Source: an uncultured delta proteobacterium
Lineage (GTDB): Bacteria > Myxococcota_A > Polyangia > Palsa-1104
NCBI GenBank assembly: GCA_963785725.1
Contig: CAWAWS010000009.1
Location: 76,314 to 140,313, forward strand
Direction: 5' to 3'
DNA length: 64,000 nucleotides
Made by a program: the position numbers and the translations under genes. Below the pieces are notes generated by a model. It saw only the letters and a list, made by a program, of their open reading frames with translations, was not told the DNA's origin and did no database searches. Below, piece by piece: positions 37,396 to 46,275 of this stretch (its first letter is position 1; every line of letters begins with the position of its first letter).

Positions 37396-37434
37396 TTGGC
37401 GTCCAAGACCGTTCCAGAGCCGCGAGGGGTGGGA

Positions 37435-38372
37435 GTGAAAAGCGTAATCGTCATCTTCGGTCTCATGTTCGTCATGAGCGGCTGCGCCGCTCTGACTTCG
37501 GCCAAAACCACCGCCGACTCGGCCAAAGGCACCGCCGACGACGCGAAGTCGCAGAAGGACTCGGCCACCGCCACGGTCAAGGACGAGAAGGGCAAAGCCA
37601 AAGGCGGCGACGGCGCCAGCGGCGAAGCGCCGGCGGGCGCGACGCGCCTCGAAGCGTCGGACGCGCCGACCAACACGCCCATCAGCGACAAGATCGACTT
37701 CAAGAAGGGCAAGATCAACGACTGGCGCAAGTTCTCGCTCGCCGGCAAGCCCGGCTTCGCCAAGTTCATCCTCGACTGGGACGAGGAGACGGCGAACCTC
37801 GACATCGACATCTTCGATCAGTTCGGCAAGAAGATCGGCAAGTCGCCGCCGCGGCTCGAGGGCAAGTCGGAGCGCACGATCCTGCATCCGCGTCAACGAG
37901 CCTCGGCGTTTACTACGTCAAGATCTCGGGGCCGACGAAGGCCGACAACTCGATCTATACGATGGAGGTGAAGTGGGACGGGCCGCCGGTCGTGAAGGCG
38001 GACCCGAATCAGGGTCAGCAGGCGCAAAATTCGGGTCAAGGCGGCATCGTTCCGCCGCCGCCGCCACCGCCGCCGCCGCCGGCGTGCGCGCCCGGTGCGG
38101 TCTGCCTCGATCCCAACAAAGTGTACGGATCGATCGTGCAGATGGTGCGTGAGAATGGCGGCGTGACGCTCTATCTCGACAAGGGATCGTCGGACAAGCT
38201 GCACGCCGGCATGTCGGGCACGATTCTCGATGGGCCCGACGGCGACAAGCCGTTCGAAGGCGGCAGCTTCGCCATCACGCAGGTCGTCGACTCGGGCAAA
38301 TCGATCGCGCGCTCGACGACGCTGCAAAAGTCGCTCGGCAAGAACCGGCGCATCTCCGTCAACCTGAAGTAG
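37435..38372 (+). CDS. Lipoprotein: PPC-like domain, poly-Pro, FlgT_C-like domain (apparent frameshift near 37890)
   Basis: MKSVIVIFGLMFVMSG-C lipobox; 'NDWRKF..LDIDIFDQFG..VYYVKIS..YTMEVKW'; paralogous to the next gene. Confidence 0.72.
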
Positions 38373-38383
38373 GATACGAGGCC

Positions 38384-39205
38384 ATGCAACGATTCCTACT
38401 TCTAGCGCTTATCTTCGCCGTCGCGGGCTGCCCGCCGAAGAACCCGAAGACGCCCAAAGACAACTTCGACGCCGACGCCAAGAGCGGACCCGATCAGAAG
38501 CGGTCGGGCGCGCAGATCCTCGACGTCAACAAGCCGCACACCGACGAGATCAGCTATCAGGGTCAGGACAAGACCGACTGGTATCGCGTCGAGTTGCACG
38601 GCAAGCCCAACGTGTTGACGACCAAGATCAACTGGGACAACGACGCCAGCGACGTGCGCATCGACGTCTATGACGAGTTCGGCCAGGAGATCGCCGCGTC
38701 GCCGGTGCGCGACAAGGGCACGAAGGCCAAGAAGCTGCTGACGCAGATCGATAAGCCGGGGATCTACTTCATCCGCGTCACGGCGCCGACGAAGACCGAC
38801 GGCACGGTCTACACGATGGAAGCGGAGTGGGAAGAGCCGCCGCCGGTCGTGATCGCGCCGCCGCCGCCACCGCCGCCGCCGCAGGAAGTCGTCGAGGAGA
38901 AGCCGCACAAGCATCGCGAGCCGCGTGAGCCGCGCGAGAAGCCGACCGGCGAGACGGTGCAGGCGCGCGTCGTCAACGCCTATCGCGAGGGCAACGCGCT
39001 CCTCTTGAACATCGACAAGGGCTCGGGCGCCGGCATTCACGTCGGCTGCACCGGCGCCGTCTTGCAGGGCGCGGCCGGTGAAGACGCGCTCGACGGCGGC
39101 GAGTTCAAGATCATCAAAGTTCTCGATGCCAACAAGAGCGTCGGCAGCGCCACCTTGCGCTCGCTCGGCAAGAACAATCGCGTGGCCATCACGCTGAGCA
39201 AGTAG
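38384..39205 (+). CDS. Lipoprotein: PPC-like domain, poly-Pro, FlgT_C-like domain
   Basis: MQRFLLLALIFAVAG-C lipobox; 'TDWYRV..IDVYDEFG..PGIYFIRV..YTMEAEW'; 'LNIDKGSGAGIHVG'. Confidence 0.78.
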   Translation: MQRFLLLALIFAVAGCPPKNPKTPKDNFDADAKSGPDQKRSGAQILDVNKPHTDEISYQGQDKTDWYRVELHGKPNVLTTKINWDNDASDVRIDVYDEFGQEIAASPVRDKGTKAKKLLTQIDKPGIYFIRVTAPTKTDGTVYTMEAEWEEPPPVVIAPPPPPPPPQEVVEEKPHKHREPREPREKPTGETVQARVVNAYREGNALLLNIDKGSGAGIHVGCTGAVLQGAAGEDALDGGEFKIIKVLDANKSVGSATLRSLGKNNRVAITLSK

Positions 39206-39225
39206 CAACGCACTTCGGGGGCACG

Positions 39226-40756
39226 ATGTCGGGACCAGATCCGCTCGTAGGCAAGACGCTCGCCGACCGCTTCGAGATCATCGAGCGCATCGGCGAGGGC
39301 GGCACCGGCGTCGTTTACCGGGCCAAGCAGCTCTCGGTCGATCGCACCATCGCCATCAAGGTGTTGGGCGCGCACGTGTCGACCGATCCGTCGTGGGTCA
39401 AGCGCTTCCACAACGAAGCGCGCGCGGCGTCGCGACTCGACCATCCGAACACGGTGCGGCTCATCGACTTCGGGCAGACCAAAGAGGGGCTGCTCTTCAT
39501 CGCGATGGAGTATCTGCACGGCAAGTCGCTGCGCGCGGAGATCGACCGCGTGACGCGGCTGCCGCCCAATCGCGTCTTGCGGATCATGTCGCAGATGTGC
39601 GCGTCGCTGTCGGAGGCGCACAACCAGGGCATCATTCACCGCGACATCAAGCCCGACAACGTCTACCTCGTCGACATGAAGGGCGCGCGGCGACTTCGTC
39701 AAAGTGCTCGACTTCTCGGTGGCGAAGCTGGACGCGCCCGATGCGCAGGTGACGCGCGCCGGCGTCGTCTTCGGCACGCCGCAATATATGTCGCCCGAGC
39801 AGGGCCGCGGCATTCCGCTCGACGCGCGCAGCGACATTTACGCCGTCGGCATCGTCGCCTACGAGATGTTGACGGGCAAGCCGCCGTTCGACGCCAAGGT
39901 GCCGACCGAAGTCGTCATGATGCATCTGCGCGACAAGCCGGCGCCGCTGATCGGTCTGCCGCCGCAGCTCATGGACATCGTGATGCGCGCGCTCGAGAAG
40001 GATCCGAACAAGCGTCAGCAGTCGGCGGATGCGCTCGATCAGGAGTGCCAGCAGTGCCTGGCGGAGCTGTTTCCGCGGCAGACGCCGGGGCTCGGGCATC
40101 AGGTGACGCCGCCCGCGATGGCGCCGCCGCCGGCGATGCACGCGCCGCCGCCGGCCGCGATGGCGCCGCCGCTGGCTGCGATGGCGCCGCCACCGACCGC
40201 GAACGTGGCGCATGGCGCGCCGCCGCTCGCCGAGCAGAAGACGATGATGGCGATGGAGGCGCCGCGCGTCGCCGCCGCGCCGCACTCGGCGCCGCCGCCG
40301 GCCGCGCACGAAGCGAAGACGATGATGGCGATGGAAGCGCCGCGCATCGGCGCCGCGCCACAAGAAGTGAAGACGATGATGGCGATGGAGGCGCCGCGCA
40401 TCGCCGGCGGCCTCGCGCCACCGCCGGCCGCGCCGCCGCCGCCGTCCGCGCCGCCGCTGGCGACGGGCGGCGCCAACATGAAAACGATGATGGCGCAAGA
40501 GGCGCCGGCGCTGTCGGCGCAAAAGACGATGATGGCGCAGGCGGGCGGCGGCATCGCCGACGGCAGCACGAAGGTGCTGCCCGATTCGGCGGGCGTCGTC
40601 GCCTACGCGCAGGAGCGCGCGCATTTGGCGCGCGCGTCGGCGTCGCACAAGCAGCTGAAGACACCGCCGGCGGGCGCGCTCTTTTGGCTCGCGTGGGTGC
40701 TCGTCGGCGTCGGCGCCGGCTTGGGCGTCCACTTCTACCTGCTGCAGCGCGGATGA
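39226..40756 (+). CDS. Hanks-type Ser/Thr protein kinase with C-terminal TM (apparent frameshift near 39690)
   Basis: IGEGGTGVVY, AIKVL, HRDIKPDN, KVLDFS (DFG variant), GTPQYMSPEQ, SDIYAVG. Confidence 0.93.
40235..40540 (+). repeat. Five coding KTMMA(M/Q) repeats in the kinase linker
   Basis: aagacgatgatggcgatgga x3 plus two KTMMAQ variants. Confidence 0.85.
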
Positions 40757-41262
40757 GCGACGACGTGCCGCGCGACTGGGCGAGCGTCATCGACGCGCGG
40801 CTGATCGCGCGCTGCGAGCAGCATCAGCGCGACGGCGAGCGGCAGCGCGTGCCCAAGCTGGCGACGTGGGTGCAGCCGATGCAGCTGCACCTCGAGCCCG
40901 AAGCCTGGAATACCGGCTTTTTGCGGGTGCGCGAGGCCGATATTCCGGCGCAGCTGCATGTCGACTTGCAGGAGCGCATGCCGCAAGCGCTGCTGCGCGA
41001 TCTGCACCGACTGGTGCGCGAGGAGCGCTGGGTCGAGCGCGAGATCGTCGCCGGCACCGAAGATCGGCACGGTCGCGGCTCGCTGGCCGAGGCGCGCAAG
41101 GCGCGGCAGCTGCCGGCGCGCACGCCGGTGGAGCCGTCGACGCGGGTGATGCGCGCGCTGCAGACGTGGCGCCGGAGCCTGCTCGCCGAGCGTTGGCAGC
41201 CGGCGCTGGCCGACGACGAGCCGCGCCGCGCGGTCATGACGGGCGGCGGAATTCCGACCTAG
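40753..41262 (+). CDS. Hypothetical protein
   Basis: ATG overlaps the kinase stop (ATGA); MSDDVPRDWASVIDARL... Confidence 0.6.
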   Translation: MSDDVPRDWASVIDARLIARCEQHQRDGERQRVPKLATWVQPMQLHLEPEAWNTGFLRVREADIPAQLHVDLQERMPQALLRDLHRLVREERWVEREIVAGTEDRHGRGSLAEARKARQLPARTPVEPSTRVMRALQTWRRSLLAERWQPALADDEPRRAVMTGGGIPT

Positions 41263-41302
41263 CCGTCGCTCGCCGCGGTTACTTCCGCCTGCGCGCCGAA
41301 GG

Positions 41303-42166
41303 TCAACGAATGGGAAATGGGCAGACGGCGGGCGGCGTGAACCCGGCGAGGCGCGCGGCCAAGGTCACGGCGTCGGCGGCGACGAAATCGGGCGCGGCCG
41401 CGTAAACGCAGCCGCGAAAGGCGACGCCGCCCGTCGCCGGCGACAGATCGGCGCGCGCCGGGCAGCCGCCGAGCTGCAGCAGCCGCGCCGCGACGTAGCA
41501 GTCGAGAAAGAGGCGCACATCGAGGGCGCGCGCCAACAGTGGCTGCAGCCGGCCGAGCGTGCGCATCCAGAACGCGCGATCGCACCAGTCGGGCGGCGGC
41601 TTCAAGGCGTTGAGCGCCACTTTGTCGACGGCCGGCACGTCGACGAGCGCCGCCAGCAGGCCGTCGTCGACGAGCTCCGCCGCGAACTCGGGCGTGGCCA
41701 GGGACGCGATGAGCACGATCTCGAGCGACGGATGCAGCGCCTTCAACGCCGCGGCCGTGGCTGCGATGCGCGCGCGGTCGACGGCGCCTTTGGCGGGATC
41801 GACCGACAAATTGGCGCGCGCTACGCCGGCAAACAGCGCCGGCGACTGGCGCGCCAGCTGCAGCGTCGTCGTGACCGCGACCGGCGCGCGCGCCGCGGCC
41901 ACGATCGCCGTCAAGCGCGGCAGCGCCGGCGCCAGCGGCTCCGACACGGCCACGGCCACTTCGTCGTAGCGCAAGCGCGCCAACGCGTCGGTCAGGAGGG
42001 CCAAGTCGGGCGCGGCCGGCCCGTCATTGCGCGCCCCGAGGTAACAAAATGCACAGCCCACGCGACAAGGCACGCCGTCGAGATGTAGCGACAGCGTGCC
42101 CAAAGATCGACCGGGCAGACGTTTGTCGTCGGAAGGACGCGTTGACAGCGTGACGAGCGACGTCAT
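41303..42166 (-). CDS. Divergent radical-SAM-like protein
   Basis: CRVGCAFC (CxxxCxxC) near the N-terminus plus four C-terminal Cys; real start may be TTG at 42103. Confidence 0.6.
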   Translation of the reverse strand: MTSLVTLSTRPSDDKRLPGRSLGTLSLHLDGVPCRVGCAFCYLGARNDGPAAPDLALLTDALARLRYDEVAVAVSEPLAPALPRLTAIVAAARAPVAVTTTLQLARQSPALFAGVARANLSVDPAKGAVDRARIAATAAALKALHPSLEIVLIASLATPEFAAELVDDGLLAALVDVPAVDKVALNALKPPPDWCDRAFWMRTLGRLQPLLARALDVRLFLDCYVAARLLQLGGCPARADLSPATGGVAFRGCVYAAAPDFVAADAVTLAARLAGFTPPAVCPFPIR

Positions 42167-42171
42167 AGGAT
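42142..42171 (+). promoter_or_regulatory. Sigma70-type promoter of the PP2C phosphatase
   Basis: TTGACA-18 bp-TAGGAT, 9 nt before ATG. Confidence 0.6.
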
Positions 42172-42180
42172 CAATTTCTC

Positions 42181-42906
42181 ATGCGCATCGAGAGCGCGGG
42201 CAAGACCGACGTCGGGCTGGTTCGCGAGAAGAACGAAGACTCGATGCTCATCGACCCAGCCGTGGGCCTCTTCGTCGTGTGCGACGGAATGGGCGGTCAC
42301 GTCGGCGGTCAGGTGGCGTCGCAGCTGGCGGTGGCTACGATCTCGGAGGTCATCCGCGCGGCCGCTCCGCCGCCGCCGGACGTGCCCGACGCGCTCGTCA
42401 GCTCCATCAAAGCGGCCAACGGCGCGGTGTTCGCCAAGGCCAAGGCCGATCCGTCGCTGCACAACATGGGCACGACGGTGGTCGCGGTGCGCGCGGAGGG
42501 CGATCTCTTGCACCTCTGTCACGTCGGCGATTCGCGCATCTACCGGCTGCGGCAAGGCGCGTTCGAGCAGGTGACGCGCGATCATTCGCTCATCAACTTG
42601 TACGAAGAGAACCCGGAGTTGGCCGCGCGCTTCGGGCCGCCGAACTCGAACGTCATCGTGCGCGCGGTCGGCTTGCGCGATCAGGTCGACGTCGATCATC
42701 GCGTCATCGCCATGGAGCCGGGCGACATGTACCTGCTCTGCTGCGACGGCCTGACCGACATGGTCGACGACTGGATGCTGAAGGAGATGCTCGCCGACGC
42801 CGTCAACGGCACGCTCGACGAAGCCTGCGAGGCGCTCGTGCGCGCGGCGTTGACCAACGGCGGCGTCGATAACACGACCGTCATCCTGCTCCGCATCCAC
42901 GAATAG
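42181..42906 (+). CDS. PP2C-family Ser/Thr phosphatase (Stp1/PppA-like)
   Basis: REKNEDS, VCDGMGGH, MGTT, HVGDSR, TRDHS, LCCDGL, GGVDNTT. Confidence 0.95.
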   Translation: MRIESAGKTDVGLVREKNEDSMLIDPAVGLFVVCDGMGGHVGGQVASQLAVATISEVIRAAAPPPPDVPDALVSSIKAANGAVFAKAKADPSLHNMGTTVVAVRAEGDLLHLCHVGDSRIYRLRQGAFEQVTRDHSLINLYEENPELAARFGPPNSNVIVRAVGLRDQVDVDHRVIAMEPGDMYLLCCDGLTDMVDDWMLKEMLADAVNGTLDEACEALVRAALTNGGVDNTTVILLRIHE

Positions 42907-42945
42907 CGCTGGAGCGGCCTTCGTAGTCGCTACTACCACTAGCAA

Positions 42946-43371
42946 TTACTCGCGCGTCGGCGTGACGGCGGCGGCGAGCGCGGCGAAGCTCTCGTCGTAG
43001 CGCCCGGTCTTGGCGTGCAAGCGAGCGAGGCGCGCGGCGAGCGGATGACGGCCGGGAATGCGCGCCGCTTCGGCGTACGCTTGGTCGGCGCCGGGAAAGT
43101 CGCCGCCCGCGGTCAAGACGTCGCCGAGCGCCACCAGCATGAGCCGACGCGCCGACGGGCGCAGCGCGGCGCGTAGGCCGCTGCGCAAAAGCTGCGCGGC
43201 GCGCGGCGGATCGGCACGCCCGACGGTGAGCGCGGCGCCGACGCGGGCCTCGGCGAACTCCGGCGCCAGCTCGACGGCGGCGGCGAACGACTGCGCCGCG
43301 GCCTCGACTTCGCCGGCGCGCAGCTGCTCGCGGCCGCGCGCGAAATAGCGCCGCGCCACCGTCGCCGACAT
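42946..43371 (-). CDS. TPR-repeat protein
   Basis: YFARGR..G..EAA..F..AVELAPEFAEA; LGDVL..GDF..A; LARLHAKTGRYDES. Confidence 0.78.
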   Translation of the reverse strand: MSATVARRYFARGREQLRAGEVEAAAQSFAAAVELAPEFAEARVGAALTVGRADPPRAAQLLRSGLRAALRPSARRLMLVALGDVLTAGGDFPGADQAYAEAARIPGRHPLAARLARLHAKTGRYDESFAALAAAVTPTRE

Positions 43372-43406
43372 CAGTCGACCTCGCGCCGCGACATCAGTCG
43401 ACCTCG
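43366..43406. repeat. 18-bp direct repeat (period 23) creating a 7-codon ORF MSRREVD
   Basis: cgacatcagtcgacctcg at 43366-43383 and 43389-43406. Confidence 0.9.
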
Positions 43407-44017
43407 AGCCAGGAGAAGCGATTGGCGGGCGACGCGGCTTCGTCCTTCTTGTCGCTGCTCGTCGTCGGCGGCGCGGGGGCTTGGTTCGGCGGCGTGGCCG
43501 GCGGCGCCTGATGCGACGGCGACGGCGCGACCGGCGGCGGCATCGGCTGCGGCGACGAAGCCGGCGTCGGGCTCGAGCGCGGCTCGGGCGGCATCGGTCG
43601 TGGCGCCGGCGTCGTCGCGGCCTGCGGCGCCGCTGTCGTCGGCAGCGCCGGCGCAGTCGTCACGACCGGCGGCGTCGGCGTCACCGGCATCGCTTGCGGC
43701 TCCGGCGCGCGCGCAGCTTCGATCGGAATCGAACGGCCGCCGGCGCGCACGTGCACGCGTCCGCCGGCCACTTCGAACAGCGCCAGCTCGGGCAGATCCA
43801 CATGCAGCTGCAGCCACGTCATCAGCTCGGCGAACGACAGGCCTTCGAGCTCGGTGCGCGCGTCGAGCATCGCCAGCGCGCCCGTCGCCGACGCCGGCGA
43901 GCCTTCGACGACGTACTCCTTGAACACGTAGGCCAGGATCTCTTGCAGCTGCTCGCGCGGATACTTGTCGAGCGCGCCGCGGATCTCGCCCACCATCTTC
44001 TTGACGTCTTTGCTCAC
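43394..44017 (-). CDS. Hypothetical protein with Pro-rich linker ending RFSWLEVD
   Basis: GTG at 44017 overlaps the upstream stop (GTGA) after GAGGGAG RBS. Confidence 0.72.
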   Translation of the reverse strand: MSKDVKKMVGEIRGALDKYPREQLQEILAYVFKEYVVEGSPASATGALAMLDARTELEGLSFAELMTWLQLHVDLPELALFEVAGGRVHVRAGGRSIPIEAARAPEPQAMPVTPTPPVVTTAPALPTTAAPQAATTPAPRPMPPEPRSSPTPASSPQPMPPPVAPSPSHQAPPATPPNQAPAPPTTSSDKKDEAASPANRFSWLEVD

Positions 44018-44703
44018 GACTCCCTCGTAGGCGCGCGCAAGCCGTCGGGCAAGTCGGCGCCGCCCAGCTCGCAGTCGACGAAGCGCGCTCCGTCGACGAT
44101 GGCGCCGGTCAGCGTGGCGCCGCCGAAGTGGCAGCGCACGACGAGCGCGCCCGAAAAGTCGGCGCGAAAGAGGTTGGCGCCGCGCAGATCGCACTCGATG
44201 AGGACGGCGCCGTCGAAGCGCGCGCGGGTCAGCTCGGCGGCGCCGTTGGGCGTCGGATCGGTGAAGCGGCACTTGACGAGCACCGCGCGCGCGGCGCGCA
44301 GGCCGTACAAGTTGCAGCCGACGAAGCGGGCGTTCGAGAGCTTGGCGCCTTCGATGTCGAGGTTGGCCGCTTGCACGCGCTCCCACGCCAACTGCTCGAC
44401 CAGCGCGCCACCGAGGCCTAGCTCGGTCAGGTCGCAGTCGACGGCGCTCGCGCGCAACATCGTGGCCTCGGCCAGCTGGGCGCGACGGAGGGTGACGCGG
44501 CTCAACGTCGTGCGCGAGAAGTCGACCGACTCCAGCGCGGCGCCGTCGAGCGTGCAGCGTTCGAAGGTCGCGCCCGAGAAGTCGCCGCCGCTGACGCGCA
44601 AGCCCGGCGCCTGCAAGTCGCGATAGGTGTGCCCGCGCAAGGCGCCGTCGCGCGCCAGATGCTGCAGCTGCTCGCGGCTCTCGACGGTGACGACGTCACT
44701 CAT
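44014..44703 (-). CDS. Pentapeptide-repeat protein
   Basis: Continuous A(D/N)LxxAxF-type repeats (GDFSGATFERCTLDGAAL, DLRGANLFRADFSGA); alternative start 44772. Confidence 0.9.
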   Translation of the reverse strand: MSDVVTVESREQLQHLARDGALRGHTYRDLQAPGLRVSGGDFSGATFERCTLDGAALESVDFSRTTLSRVTLRRAQLAEATMLRASAVDCDLTELGLGGALVEQLAWERVQAANLDIEGAKLSNARFVGCNLYGLRAARAVLVKCRFTDPTPNGAAELTRARFDGAVLIECDLRGANLFRADFSGALVVRCHFGGATLTGAIVDGARFVDCELGGADLPDGLRAPTRES

Positions 44704-44805
44704 CGCGCGGTCGCTCGCGGCTGCCGTCGCCGGCGCAGCTGCCGCGACGGCGTCGGGCGCGACCCTCGCCACGCGCCGAACGTCACGGCCGGCGCGCGCT
44801 TCATG

Positions 44806-45432
44806 CTACCGCCCGACGCGCTGCTGCTGCAGCCGCGTCTCTTCTTCGACGAGCTCGAGGATGCGCGCGACCACAGCGTGCTTGTCGACCTTGCCGCCGC
44901 CTTTGGCCGCCTTCGCCGCGGCGCCTTTGCCGGTCGCTTCGGCGTGCACGTCGGCTTCGACCTTCTCGGCCTGCTGCTCGTGCGCCGCGCCTTGCGACTC
45001 GCCGCCTTCGAGCGCGAAATGCAAGCCGCGCTGCGCCTGGCTGACGTGCGTGAGCTCGTGCGCCAGCAAGGCTTTGCCGAGCGCCGTCTTCGGATCCGAG
45101 CGCGGACCTTCACGCACGAGGATCATGCCGGTGTTGGCGATGGTCACGGCGTCGGCGCGGTGCGCCTTCGTCACCGCTTCGGCGAAGGGACCGCGGAACA
45201 GCCGCACGTCCGAGAAGCGGCCGCCGATGCGCTTCTCCATCTCCGACTGGGTGCCCAGGTCGAGCCGCTCGCCCGAGCCGGCATCGCCCACGACGATCTT
45301 GGAAAGCCGCGACGCGTCATACTTGTGCGCGATCTCCTGGCTCAGCTTGAGCGCACGCTGTTTGCGTTCGGCCTCGGTCAAGCGGGCGATTTCCGCCGCG
45401 TCGAGCCCTAGCCTATCGTCGTCACTCGCCAT
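44806..45432 (-). CDS. DUF4157 (eCIS-core) domain protein
   Basis: GSGERLD..MEKRIGGRFSDVRL..ADAVT..LLAHELTHVSQ (HExxH)..EQQAEKVE. Confidence 0.88.
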   Translation of the reverse strand: MASDDDRLGLDAAEIARLTEAERKQRALKLSQEIAHKYDASRLSKIVVGDAGSGERLDLGTQSEMEKRIGGRFSDVRLFRGPFAEAVTKAHRADAVTIANTGMILVREGPRSDPKTALGKALLAHELTHVSQAQRGLHFALEGGESQGAAHEQQAEKVEADVHAEATGKGAAAKAAKGGGKVDKHAVVARILELVEEETRLQQQRVGR

Positions 45433-45564
45433 GAGAATGCTGCTCCAAAGTAGTCTACTCCAACAGAGGTTATCGGCAAAGGCGCGCCAAAGTTGCGTGC
45501 TCTGCGCAAAAAGCGACGACGACAAAGGACGCAACTTTTGCGGTGAAGCTGCGATAATCGAAGC

Positions 45565-46269
45565 ATGGCCGAAGACGAAAAGAAGCCCGAAGGGTCGGAG
45601 GACGAGGCGCCATCGGAGACGATGCTGGCCGAGCAGCGCGATCCCGACGAGGCGGTGCTCGCCGAAGAGGCCATTCACAGCTACGCCAATGAAGTGCTGG
45701 AGCAGTTTGGCCAAGAGGTCGAGACGGCGATGGGCAACGTGACGGCGTGGTGCGACGGTCATGCGGCCGAGCTCGAAGCCGGCGGCGTCGGCCCGCAGCT
45801 GAGCAAGGCGTTCACGAGCCAGCTAGTGTCGGCGTGCGGCGGTCGGCATGCGCCGATCGGCCACGCGCTGCACGAGCATCTCGAGAACGAGATCGATGCG
45901 CTGGTGCGCGACGAGCAAGAGGCCGGCCGCGTCGCCGAGGGCTTGAGCATGGCGGCGCGCGATTTCAGCTGGTATTTGCGCGACAACTTGCAGTCGGTGC
46001 TGGCGCATCACTGGGATCAGCTGCGCGACTTGGCCTACGAGGGCTCGACCGACTTCGTCGCGGCGCTGCATGCGTTCGGGCTGCCGGAGCTGAGCTTCAG
46101 CGGCGCCGGGCTCGAGAGCGGGATGATCGCCGTCGGCGAGACGGTGTTGACGCAGAAGCCGAAGACGCAGGATGAGGCGATCGAGCGCGATCCCGAGCAG
46201 GAAGAAGAGGAACAGCAGCAGGCGCTGACGCAGGCGCACGACCACCACAAAAAACAGGCGACGGTCTGA
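45565..46269 (+). CDS. Acidic helical hypothetical protein
   Basis: E/D-rich ORF with high GC3; TGcGATAAT 6 nt before ATG. Confidence 0.7.
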   Translation: MAEDEKKPEGSEDEAPSETMLAEQRDPDEAVLAEEAIHSYANEVLEQFGQEVETAMGNVTAWCDGHAAELEAGGVGPQLSKAFTSQLVSACGGRHAPIGHALHEHLENEIDALVRDEQEAGRVAEGLSMAARDFSWYLRDNLQSVLAHHWDQLRDLAYEGSTDFVAALHAFGLPELSFSGAGLESGMIAVGETVLTQKPKTQDEAIERDPEQEEEEQQQALTQAHDHHKKQATV

Positions 46270-46275
46270 GGGACG

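Noticed and set aside
40235..40540. CRISPR-like spaced DNA repeats
   Set aside because: About 20-bp repeats that are in frame and protein-coding (KTMMAME), with irregular spacing and no cas genes.
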